Positions 28,208 to 39,880 of a DNA stretch of 64,000 nucleotides are shown here, in pieces. Position 1 is the stretch's first letter. Each line of letters starts with the position of its first letter. The position numbers were made by a program, and so were the translations under genes. The notes under the pieces are model-generated. The model ran no database searches, was not told the origin of the DNA, and saw only the letters and a program-made list of their open reading frames with translations. The DNA is from Eledone cirrhosa. Taxonomy: Eukaryota. The stretch covers positions 136,524,001-136,588,000 of the forward strand of contig OZ024742.1 of assembly GCA_964016885.1 (NCBI GenBank), read 5' to 3'.

Positions 28208-28383
28208 GGAAAAGAGTCAGGGCCCTGATGGCTGAGCTCCGGCCGTTTCAACAGCTAGATCCGAACGGCCGGAGCTCAGCCATCAGGGTTCTGGCGCTTT
28301 TCCCATTACCCACTCTACTACCCTAAGTATCGAGTACTCTGGTGCATTATGGTCAACCTGGTTCTTTACCACACTTTCTTTGT
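28208..28383. mobile_element. GC-rich fold-back element with unique extension, inserted in (TA)n
   Basis: Perfect 25-bp stem 28223-28247/28264-28288 within ~40-bp arms; ~80-bp extension 28304-28383. Confidence 0.7.
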
Positions 28384-28965
28384 TATATATATATATATAA
28401 ATTTATTTTAAACATGATTTATGAATTTAACTAGACAGAAACTGCAGTTATAGTGTTCCTGTAATTCAATGGTCCATGTTTGTCACACTAACCAATCTAC
28501 TGCAATATAAAAATAAAAATAAATATTCTATGATAAATTCACATTAGAGTTAACTGTACCCATTATTCTTTCATGGAGGGACATGCCCTAGTGGTGTGTT
28601 GGATCTAAAATCACAATGTTATGGGTTTGATTTCTGGGCTGGGTCGCGCCTTGTCTTCTTGAGCTAAACACTTCATTTCATGTTGCTCCAGTATACTCAG
28701 CCGAAAATGTGATGGACTGGCGTGCTGTCCCGGGGAAGGATTTGTACTCTCTGTCACTTGACGCCATGGGAACTTGGATAAGCACTGGCCTGATGAGCCT
28801 CCGAGTTTGCGATAGATTATTCTTTCAGGGTCAAAATAAGTACAAGACAAATACTGGACATATAACTTTCTATATCCCTCCTAGCTACCTTGATTCAACA
28901 CCTTATACTTGTATTAAAAGCTATTATAAAGACATGTTATAAATTTTTGTTACAATTATTTACAG

Positions 28966-29233
28966 GTACTGCAGGAGAGCTTGACCATTCCTCATACTAA
29001 TGTTCATTTAGTCTACCACAGTAGTGAATCTGCCGGATATATGTCAGTCATTTTGATTCAGATGACACCTAGTAGGATCCCAGAATCCTTAGCAGTGGTG
29101 CATCTGAGAGTCTCTGTAGAAGGAATTGTCATGGAGAAGGTCTTTGAAGCGGATCCAAACCTCAAGTATACATTCTCTTGGAATCGTCGAAATCTCTACC
29201 GCCAGAAAGTCTATGGTATTGTTACAGCCAGAG
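28966..29233 (+). CDS. Ten-m: Teneurin exon: FN-plug / Ig-like region
   Basis: TTTACAG acceptor, G|GTAAGT donor, phase 0-1; VLQESLTIPHTNVHLVYHSS...FEADPNLKYTFSWNRRNLYRQKVYG. Confidence 0.96.
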
Positions 29234-29694
29234 GTAAGTGTACAATCGTTGAAAAAAAAATCTACTAATGAAGAAACAGAGATAATATTTTAATTATATA
29301 AGTAAATAAGACCATTATTGTTCCAGTCAGTTAGCAAACACTCTAAACTGAATGCTAACTTGCACTCATGACTCCTGCTAAACACACCTATGACTCACCC
29401 TCCAAATTCGGCAAACCAAAAATGGACCACCTACTTTCTGAAACTCAGAAAATGGAACAGAACCACAACAGCCATCAAATGAGGAAGACAGGCGTTATCA
29501 AGTTGCAGCTGTCATATTACATAATTTCTATATAATAACGCTAATAAATGTATTCTGACATTCTCATACTGGTTGTGGTCATGGTGGTGCATCACATTCA
29601 ATAGCTTGTTTTGTTAGTAAATGGTTTGGTTCTCCTGTAAATTTTCTTCATTATAGTGAAGTTGAAAGTTTATCTTTTCACAGATCTCATTTAA

Positions 29695-30159
29695 TTAACC
29701 CTTTCATTACCATACTTTTGATGAGAAACACTATCTTGGATTTTCAATTTTATAAATAATCAAGAATTTGAAGGGGTTTAATAACAAAACTACCTTTTTC
29801 ATTATTAAATTGGTATAAGGCAATGGATTGGCAGTATTGGTAGAGCATTTGACAACATGCTCTGCAGCATAGGTTTATGTTTCTTTATGTTCTGAGTTCA
29901 AATCCTGCTGATGGCTCAATAAAATAAAGTACTAGTAATGCTCTGGGGTCTATTTAATCGACTTACCCCTCCCTAAAATTCTTGACCTTGTGCCTAAATC
30001 AGAAACAATTATTAAACTGATATTTCATGCGTAATTTAAGAAAGGCTTTTGCATAGAACTATGATGGAAAGATTTTAGATATGTAAAAACAGGTCAAAAT
30101 AAACAAATTTTATTGTAGAATAAACATGGTTTCAAACAGTTTGGTATCAAAAGGGTTAA
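29695..30159. mobile_element. piggyBac-like MITE (TTAA target, CCC...GGG ends) with nested family B SINE
   Basis: TTAA-CCCTTTCATTACCA ... TGGTATCAAAAGGG-TTAA imperfect terminal inverted repeats; SINE at ~29820-30012. Confidence 0.65.
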
Positions 30160-31510
30160 TCTGTTTTCTCTAGCATTAAATGGAAGAGAGAAAATCATTC
30201 TTCAGGATATGATGCCAGTCAATCACAAGTAATTATGTAGACTTAAAGTCAACAATTCATGTCACTAAAAGAATTTGATAAATTTTACAACACTTTAAAG
30301 TGAAGTGGCATGGAACAGAACCAATCTGTACTACACTTTCTCAGTGAGGAGAACTGTGTCCAAGAGTTAATGATGTGTCTGCATAGAGATTTAGAATACA
30401 CTTGACTGGTAGGGTAGGAACATTTGACCACTCGATCACATGGAATTCTCATGCTTACAAATTCTGAATATATTCATCCCCTTATGTTTCATAAAAGAAG
30501 GTGCAATGGCTATTAAATGAAGGTATAAGATGACTCACTCACCACTTCATAATTAATTCAAACCTTGCAGCTGCTATTCTATAGTATCTCTGTATAAAGT
30601 ATAGAATACGGCTTACATCAAGCTGTTTGCTTGGCAATTGTTTCCACTATTAATTCATGGTTGATTAAGCTGATTATTAAAAGCAAATTCAGTATGAGTG
30701 AAATTATATATGTAAGTGTGTATCTATACACATATATCTCTGCATTTATAATGGACAATGTAGATGGGCGAGTCATCCGACACAATCAATTCCTAATTAA
30801 AATGGGAAAAAAATGTAATTTAAGCAGTAAAATTAGTGGCTTGTTAATCTGTAGTACTAAGTTCAACTCTTATAAGTATAGAGGAGTGTTTCTGAGCAGA
30901 GTTCGCCAATCATCTTGGATTCTGGACTTGGTTATAGGTTGTGTGATAGCTGTAGACCAAGTCACGTTTTATGTTAAACTGATTATGTACAGTCAATAAG
31001 TAGTGATGTTTCGCAGTTATGAATGACAGTTACCATATTATATATAAATTAGATATTCATTTTGCCACATGAAAATGACAATTATTTAGCTACATGGTTA
31101 ATATTACTTCATGTGTGTGAAGCATTAATTTACTAGCAACTAGGGAGCTAACTATTTCATTTTTACTTTTTACTGTGATACAACAAAAGTATTTTGTGAG
31201 CATTTCCTCATCAATGCAGGAGGTATTTTTGCAACACTCTGACATGGTTTTCTTTTCAAGGTGGTAATGTTTTACAGCCATTTGGCTGTAAAACATTACT
31301 GGTATCCTACTAGTGCCATCCTTTTTAATTGCATCTTACATATATATATATATATATATATATATAGCATGAGTCAAATGTCTCTGTAAATAAGCTTTAA
31401 TATCAGCTGTATAAATTATGTAATAAATAACCGTATTACATTGCAACTTTATTTTTTCTATTGTGAATATGAATATCAACTGGAATATTTCAATTTTCTT
31501 CTGTTAACAG

Positions 31511-31651
31511 TGTTTGTCGGATATCAGTACCAAAACTGTCATTACATATTCTGGGAAGCTCGAAGTACAACAATGAGCGGCTATGATTTAACCTCTTCTG
31601 AAATTGGAGAATGGAATTTAGATATTCATCATACATATAACTTCCAGGAAG
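31511..31651 (+). CDS. Ten-m: Teneurin exon: FN-plug
   Basis: AACAG acceptor, G|GTATGT donor, 141 nt phase 1-1; VFVGYQYQNCHYIFWE...IGEWNLDIHHTYNFQE. Confidence 0.95.
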
Positions 31652-32003
31652 GTATGTTCTTATTAAGAGATTTTCTTTTTGAAAATTTTTGAACAAAGAA
31701 TAATTATTCTAATATATTTTTTTTTATTGATGAGTTTTGGAAGCAGGATAAAGCAGAAAAGACTAAAATCCAGAAACCATCAACTAGTACTTATCCTGAA
31801 GAACCAAATCACTCTAATGGAGACTAAATCTAATATCTCCCTCCACTAGTCTGCATGGCTCTGAAAACAGTCATTGTGCAGTGTCCTTCCCTCTCAGACT
31901 AAACAATAAACCCAAAATGATTGCTTGTGGTTGTGTGTGTGGAAAAATGAAAGCTCAATTGCTTCAAAATTGCTTTAATTGTTTCTTTTTTTTCTTTTTC
32001 TAG

Positions 32004-32256
32004 GAATTCTGCATAAAGGTGATGGCACCAACATTTACCTGAAAGAGAAACCGAAAAAGCTTGTCAACATTCTTGGAAATGGCACTCGTCGTAAACTTCT
32101 TGGCGACAACTATGATGGGAAGGCACTGGATAAGCAACTGCTAGCACCAGTAGCCCTCGCCAGTGGACTTGATGGCAGCTTGTATGTAGGGGACTACAAT
32201 TTGATACGTAAGCTATCTCCCAGTAGGGAAGAAGTGGCTAGTATCTTGCAGATGAG
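32004..32256 (+). CDS. Ten-m: Teneurin exon: start of NHL beta-propeller
   Basis: TTTTTCTAG acceptor, AG|GTAAAT donor, phase 1-2; GILHKGDG...LLAPVALASGLDGSLYVGDYNLIRK. Confidence 0.96.
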
Positions 32257-32679
32257 GTAAATACTCTTTCACTAATTTCCTTTCTTTTATTTCCTATTTC
32301 TTTTTTTTTATCAGTTTCATATACCAAGTACTGCTTGAGCTTATCATTCTAACTGCATCCTTTTCTCATGTCTGGGAAAAGACATATGTCCAGACTATAC
32401 ATAAAATGCTGAAGGTGGGAATTGGTCCAGGCCACGTGTAAAATATTCATTACCAAAGCTGGTCATAGGCCCAGGCCAGATTTAAAATATCCACTCCAAG
32501 CTAATAATATGCACATGTCAGAGGGCAAATATAAAGCCCATTTGAAACTGCTTAAATATATTTTAGTAATCAGTGCTTAAGATTTATGTATAGATTATGG
32601 GTAGTACATGCAGATGCACAGTAAAGCCCTTCAATCATATCCATTAAGAAAGTTATGACTATAACAACTATGTTAACAA

Positions 32680-33530
32680 ACAAGAAACAAGAAACAGTTT
32701 TGAAAGAGTTGATGAATATAGAAGGAAATGGAAGTAAATATAATAAGAACAAAAGAAGAAGGAAATAAAAGATGGAAAAGTTGGGAAAAGAAACAATTCA
32801 TCGAGTGGACAGAGGGAAATACTAAAAAGGAGGAGACAGCAAATTGAAGGAAAGAAGTAGAAAATCTGGAATAAGAATATTTGAAAAGAAGTGGAAGATT
32901 AAAAAATGGGGAAGCAATGGAAAATGAAAACTTTGAGTAGAATGAAAAAAAAATACAACGTAGAAAAGTCGACAGATGGAGAATTTGGAAGAAGTGGAAG
33001 AATAGAGAATGTAGAAGAAAGAGAAAGAAGTGGAAAAATGAAGAATATGGAAGAGGAAATAATGTGAAGAATGGTGAATATGGAATAATGAAGAAGAAGT
33101 AGAAGAATGTTAAAGATTGGGAATGATGAAAAAAAATGAGATATGTAGACACATAGAGAATTGGGAAGAAATGGGAGAATGAAGAATGTGGAATAATAAA
33201 GAATGAGAACGAATTAGAAGAATGTTGAAGAATTAGAAGTGAAAGAATTAGTGTGAAAAAATGAAGAAATGGAAGAATGAAGAAGAATGGAGATTGTGAA
33301 AGAATGGGGATTGAAAAATAAAGAAAAATGTGCAGGAGGGAGGTATGGAATAATTAAGTAAAATGAGGAAGGAGAGGAAAAATTAAAAGAATGAGGACTG
33401 GGGTAGAAGTGAAAGAAGTAGAATAATGATGGAATCATGAAAGAAGTGGACTTAAGAAGTAAAAATATGTGAATAAAGTGAGAGGAAGAATCGTGAGAAA
33501 TAAGGAAGAAGATATACAAAGAAATTTGTT
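32680..33530 (+). repeat. ~850-bp purine-rich (GAA/GGAA) low-complexity tract
   Basis: Strong A/G strand bias; source of the F/S/L-rich minus-strand ORFs. Confidence 0.85.
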
Positions 33531-35390
33531 TTATAATGGATATTTGTGATTGCAAGTGTGCATAATTGGCACTGAAATATGTCAAATGTGATTTGAGCAA
33601 GAATTTTGAAAATAAAAGTCAATTTCATAGAACATAATCAGACAAACAAATGAGGAAAGCACACACATATGATATGTGTGTGTATATACATATATATATT
33701 TACACTGACATATATACATGCAAGCTCACACATAAGCACACAGAGCATATGTAAGTAATATATAAACAAGTTTGTATAAATACTTAACAGTCACATATAT
33801 ATTATATATAAATGTATACATACAGGATATAAAAAGAACATATACATGCTTGGGTAAACAACCATTTAAATAAAGGCATACATTAGATTACACACATGCA
33901 CACACGAGCATGCATTAGAATAAACACATAGAGGTATACATTGAATAACACACATGCAAATTGAGACTAATCTAAGATGCACACCATACTTGGAAACAAA
34001 TACAGATGCATACATCACTGATACAAAAAGAAGCACATTCACACAATCAGACGCATGCAAGTATACTCAAATACATAGACAAACAAATACAAACGCTTAT
34101 ATACACATGAATGCATGATCATTTACACATACATACACTGTACGAAAGAACAACAAATCAACTATACTTGTAGAAATCTATAAAACCATGGAAACATGTC
34201 CATCCCTTTCTGTACACTGAATTTCTGATAGTTTTAGTGGCTCTGTCATTACATATGACCACATGCCTAGTGGAGCTTATCATTTTCCAGGTCTGTGATA
34301 GCTGAGTACTTCCAGCAGAAGAGACAAAGGGAGAGAGAGAAAGAGAGAGAAAGAGAGTACTTGACTGGCACTTAATTGTATAAACAGAGAGGCATGATCA
34401 TCACCAATTAAAGTCCCAGTTTCCATGCTAGCAAGGGTTAGATGAATTGTTCTGCTGTGAGAAAAGTCAGATCAGATTAACTTTTTCTGGCTTGGTTTCT
34501 ATGGCTGGATGCCGTTCCTAATACCAACCACATTTACAGTGTGGACTGTGTGCTTTTTATTGTGGCACCAAAACAACTATTTTACTGTGTTAACTGGACA
34601 CATCCTGGAAAATTGTTCTTACTATGTCCATATTAAAACTATAACACTATATCTATAATAGATATTGTGTGCAATCATTTTCATAACCCCCCCCCCCCCC
34701 CCCCCCCCTCTCATCTCTACTTCTTATATACACACTGACGCAGATGCACACACAAATGATTACAAATGTTATAAAGCCTGTTTTTTTATAATCAACTAGT
34801 TTTATAGAAAATTCTATAGTATCAGTTAAATTTTCAGAATGTACCCCAATAGGATCTCGGTAAAATGCTATCTTTGATCTAGTTGTTACTATGTATGTCA
34901 ATTAGATACTTATGGTGGCTGTGAGCATATTACACTTAATTGTTAGTGTAGAACTTATGTAGTTGTCAGTCTGACTTAATTTGTACTGAGAACAATTTGT
35001 CCTTTAGCCTATAAACATGATGTATGTATTATGCAAACTAGTGAGGGAAGATATTAGTGTGACCTGGTCTTTGAAAAGATTGACATGACCTACAAGCCAG
35101 TATGGATTTCAGTGTCAGTGTCATGTAGACAGCAGAACATATTTTTGTACATTAATATTTTTGTAAGAAAATATATTGTTAAAATCAAATTTTTGTTGCA
35201 TTATGGAGAAGAAAGTTTCTATTATATGCCCCAATCTCACCCTCTCTTCATATGTGCCAACTGGAACTTCATTGCACCTATTTCTCGTTGAGATATTTTT
35301 CACTTTCCATACCTTCCTGTTTTAGATTGTCTTGTCTCTGAGTTTGTTTAGCTCATATTGTGAGATCACTACATTTATGTATGTATTTCA

Positions 35391-35425
<35 letters not shown>

Positions 35426-35430
<5 letters not shown>

Positions 35431-35809
35431 ACATCATCAGGTCGAGCTTGCTCGGCTTTCTACGACACATTTCCTCCACCCATCTCTGTCTCTCATAGCG
35501 TTTGCCAGTTATTCCGCAGTGCATCCAGTATTGTCCTCAAGTTGCTTGACGTATGTCTTCTTGGGATGACCAGCTCTATCACTTGGACGCTAACGTCAAA
35601 ACTGGAGAAAAAGCTAGATGGGGCATACACACGTATGCTCTGTGCTGCTTTAAACGTGTCTTGGAGGGAACACCCAACAAATAAGGATCTCTATGGCAAT
35701 ATACCACCTACCAGCAGGTCAATACGTGGACAGAGACTCAGATTTGCTGGCCACTGTTGGCGCAGCAAGGAAGAAATAGCAGGTGGTGTTGTTATGGAGT
35801 CCATCTCAT
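35426..35809 (-). mobile_element. RTE/RTE-X-like LINE 3' fragment with 5' inversion
   Basis: 35426-35577 on the minus strand encodes RAGHPKKTYVKQLEDNTG...AMRDRDGWRKCV plus a (GAT)n tail; 35581-35809 on the plus strand encodes TWTLTSKLEKKLDGAYTRML...RLRFAGHCWR...LWSPSH. Confidence 0.8.
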
Positions 35810-36337
35810 ATATATACATGTATATATAAATATATTTATATACACATATGTATATATTTGTATACAGATATGCCCCACCCCCCACCCCCTGCACCACACA
35901 CACACAGAGACTCATGCATACCAGCATTAATAATGATTTATTCAACTTTATGTTATTAGGATTCCATAATGTCTTTAATATTTATAATACTTGTTGAGAA
36001 AAGTGATCGACGTCATAGACTTTTATGATAGGAACCTTTAATCTTAACTTGTTCGCTTTCTTTTATTTCCTTAATGTCAAGTGACTACATCTCGTATGGT
36101 TCACTCCTTTACTTATTTGAAACTGCTACCTACACTATTTACAGCAACCCTTCTCTCTTACAGTTACTTCTTGATGTTTAAAGTGGTAATTATTCTTCAG
36201 GTAGTTTGAAATACTATGTAGTTAATGTAATAGATAAAAATATGTATATATATGTATATATAATTATGTGTTTATATGTCTTATATTTATTTATTCATTT
36301 ACTGATTTAGTGATTATCAATTTCATTATTTTTGCAG

Positions 36338-36573
36338 TACATCATCTATTGCCTACAAATATTACATGACTGTGAGTCCAGTTGATGGCCGACTCTACAT
36401 ATCAGACTCCATGAGTCATAAGATTCTGCGAGTAAAAACAATGGGTCCGGTACGACGCCTTGAAGAAAACTTCGAAGTCATTGCTGGAAATGGGGAAGAA
36501 TGCACACCTGGAGAGACTGCTCTTTGTGGTGATGGAAACTTGGCTGTGAAAGCGCGCTTAAGTCATCCTAAAG
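36338..36573 (+). CDS. Ten-m: Teneurin exon: NHL beta-propeller
   Basis: TTTTGCAG acceptor, G|GTAAGC donor, phase 2-1; TSSIAYKYYMTVSPVDGRLYISD...AGNGEECTPGETALCGDGNLAVKARLSHPK. Confidence 0.96.
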
Positions 36574-39095
36574 GTAAGCTTGTAATACATACTATATTCA
36601 TCAGCATCATCATTTAACATCCTAGCATGGGTTAGATGAGTTGTCTTATGTGACAACTCAGATCAAATGACTGTGTCTTTCTCATACAGAACTGTTTCTG
36701 GCTAGGTTTCTACAGCTGGATGACCTTCCTAATGTCAACCACATTCAGAGTGTGGACTGAGTACTTTTTATTGTGGCAGCAAAATGACCACTTTTCTATA
36801 CACTTTTTGTCATGACATGAACACAACGACAATGTTGTGTGGACTTGGTACTTTTTGTCTCTTCATCAAAACGATCACTTTACAGAGTGGTTTAACCGTT
36901 TATTGTCATCTTACTAATATGACCACACTACAGGGGTTATTGTTGTTAATAATAACATTTTTAATAAAAATGTGTTGGTCAAATTGTCTCTATTTGACTC
37001 ATAAAGGCCATATCTGAAAGGCTTTTGATCCTCTGCAAGCCAAATATGTTTCTTGTGATGGGATGATCTTAACTTATTAGGTCCAACTGATTTATTGATA
37101 AACCTTCATTCACCTATGTTACAAACCTAATCAATTGATTTATGATACCCACCTCCCACCAGTGCCTTCTCTTTTGCTTGTTTCTATAAGAGGTGTATTT
37201 CTTCTCAACAAAGAATATGTGTACGGCATTGAATAAAGCATAGTAAATGATTTTCATCTTTACATAGTTTTATTGTAATACTAGTACTAGAAATGTTGTG
37301 ATCAACAAGTGGAAAGTCTCTCCTTTAAATTATATACTTATTCATTCAGATTTATTGGAGTTGATTAAGCACGAAACACATTTCACATGTGAATAAACAT
37401 ATTGATGTCATATTGATACCTCGCTCTGGCTCATTATTCTATGTATGTATGTATATATATGTAGATCTGACTGATTAGCCAGTCTGCTAATATGCAAACC
37501 AGGCCGATCAGTCACTGTATATTTCAGAAAATATCATATATTTTCACTAGCTCTGACAGTTGGCAGGTAAGCAGTAAACTGCACAGATGAAGAGTAATTA
37601 CCCAGAAACATTAGTGTCTGCAGTTCTGTTTGCATGCCAACACAAGAGCGAGAATGAGGGGCTCATTCTACTGACATGGCATAAAAGAGGCTGTTTGCAT
37701 AATTGCAAATTAATCGAATATTATTATTAATATTCTTTTACCATTCTTCTAGAAAGGTTGAGTTTCCCATTAGACTGTTCACATTCTGTTGGAGTTTTTT
37801 AAAGTTTCCAGCTCCCTAGACAAGTCATTTTCTTTTATGGTTGAAGAGGCATATCTTGATAAGATACCAAGAAGAGTATTTCATGCCAAGATAGTGGAAG
37901 AAGAGTCTTGATGTGGCATTAGATTTCACAACATATGTATATGTTGCCTGCCATGTGGAAAAAATAAGCTGAAGAGCTTTGAATATTAAGAAGAGGATGG
38001 GAAATTGCACATACTAATAAAACATGTCTTCCTTGCCTACTTATTCCTGGAATGGTCATCCTTCCAGTTGGTCCTGTCAGGAGCAACCATCTTCAATTGA
38101 CCTGGCTGGATCCCCAAACAAGTCCAACTCATGGTTTCTATCCAACCATCTTGGATCTCTTGCCAATTGGTTTTGCTCATAAAATCTGTCAATCAATTTT
38201 TCCCTGAGACATTCTAACCCCAGTCCCATATATCTCTAAATTTGGAGATGTAGTGGCTCTACCTGGTATGACTCTCTGATATCTGAGTTAAGCAATTTAC
38301 CATGTAACATTAATCCAAAGAAACACTTTTGGCATATTTCATAATCTTTTGGTTCTATGCTCAGCCAGTGATATTTAAATGATAATATTAAAAACATAGA
38401 AAATAGTTGAAGACATAAAAAACTTCTTTGTATATGAAAATGCCAGCAATTTCACGGAAGGGGAATGTCAATTAAAATGCCTCTAGTGCTTTACTGGTAC
38501 TTTATTTTATCCATCCTGTAAGGATGAAAGGCAAAGTTAACCTCGCTGGGATTTGAATTTAGAATGTAAAGTGATGTAACTAATATACTGCAAAAGCTGC
38601 TAGCCAGTGCTCCACTGATATTGCCAATCCACCACTCTTTGAAGACATAAATGATAATAGAAAGAAATAGTAATGAATGCTATTCTTCTCATTAATTTTT
38701 CATAGGAGTAAACACCTCATGTTTTGTTTACCTTGAATTTTAAGACATAATATGACCACCTCCAGACACAGATCTATTTCATATAAATAAATAACTGAGA
38801 CTTTATGAGTGGACCAATCACTGTTATAGAATGAGAAGTATGATTATGAAAATAAAATAGCCTGCAAAATAATTGCTATCTGAGAAAAGGAAAATTTAAG
38901 AATTTGATGGTACTCGACCTTGTTTTTCCAGTCGCATCTTAATGTTATAACTGCTGTTCTCTCTATCCCCAATACTGCTGATTTGTGTATCACATTTCCC
39001 CACATATACAGACATTTAATGTCACCTTTAATACTTCCATTTTCTTTTGTAAGCTTTTGTCTAATTCTGGTTATATGCTTGACTCTTTCATTTAG

Positions 39096-39253
39096 GTATT
39101 GCAATCAACAAAGATGGTGTCATCTACTTTGCTGATGGGCCCAATATCCGCCATGTTAGCACTAATGGCCGTATCAGCACTCTGATCGGATCTCAAGAAC
39201 TAGTTGGCAAATGGACACCGTTGCCATGTGATGAAATAGTGTCTGCTGACAAG
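39096..39253 (+). CDS. Ten-m: Teneurin exon: NHL beta-propeller (absent from the ORF track in this frame)
   Basis: CATTTAG acceptor, AAG|GTAAAA donor, phase 1-0; GIAINKDGVIYFADGPNIRHVSTNGRISTLIGSQELVGKWTPLPCDEIVSADK. Confidence 0.95.
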
Positions 39254-39402
39254 GTAAAATTTGCCCTTTTCTTTTGTACTATAACTCATGAGTGATTTTA
39301 TCCTTGTCTGTGTTAGTTTTAATTTGTGTATCTGTATATATGAATATTTCTATATTTACAGTTGTGTGTGTGCGCATGTCTGTGTGCATGTTTGGGTTTA
39401 TG

Positions 39403-39547
39403 TATTGATATTTTCACATCGATTAATGAGTCAATTAAGACTCTAACATATTTTTGTATGAAAATATTCTATTTTATCATTATTTATACAAAAATATGTT
39501 AGTGAAGTGTCTTAATTGACTCATTAATTTATGTGGAAATATCAATA
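39403..39547. repeat. ~145-bp fold-back (long inverted repeat)
   Basis: TATTGATATTTTCACATCGATTAATGAGTCAATTAAGAC...CTAACATATTTTTGTAT mirrored by ATACAAAAATATGTTAG...GTCTTAATTGACTCATTAATTTATGTGGAAATATCAATA. Confidence 0.85.
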
Positions 39548-39880
39548 ATCTAATATCCCTGTATCCCTGCATCCTTGTAAGAAGTGAGTAAAAGGGTTGG
39601 TGCTTGGATGCTAATCTTTTCGTAAAAAATCATCTCAAAAGGTTTGAAGCCTGTCATTGAGTCTTGTTTAGCAGGTAACAAAGCGTTAAAAAGCTTTTTT
39701 GTATTTTAGTCATTTGGATATATCAATAATATTATATCAGAAGTCTTTAATTGTCATAATCAGATTATTATATTGAACTTACCATGCCAACTCTTATCTC
39801 TATTACCAATATCAACTCTTTCTGATATTCCCCCTTGTTGCTTTTGATAGCCTTACTAACATCATTATTCTTTTTTTCAG

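Noticed and set aside
28789-28810. Isolated CTGATGA motifs (also 2758, 51658, 61262)
   Set aside because: No correctly placed GAAA-helix III-UH with a closing helix I.
32673-33600. Hydrophobic F/S/L-rich minus-strand ORFs
   Set aside because: Artefact of the purine-rich low-complexity tract.
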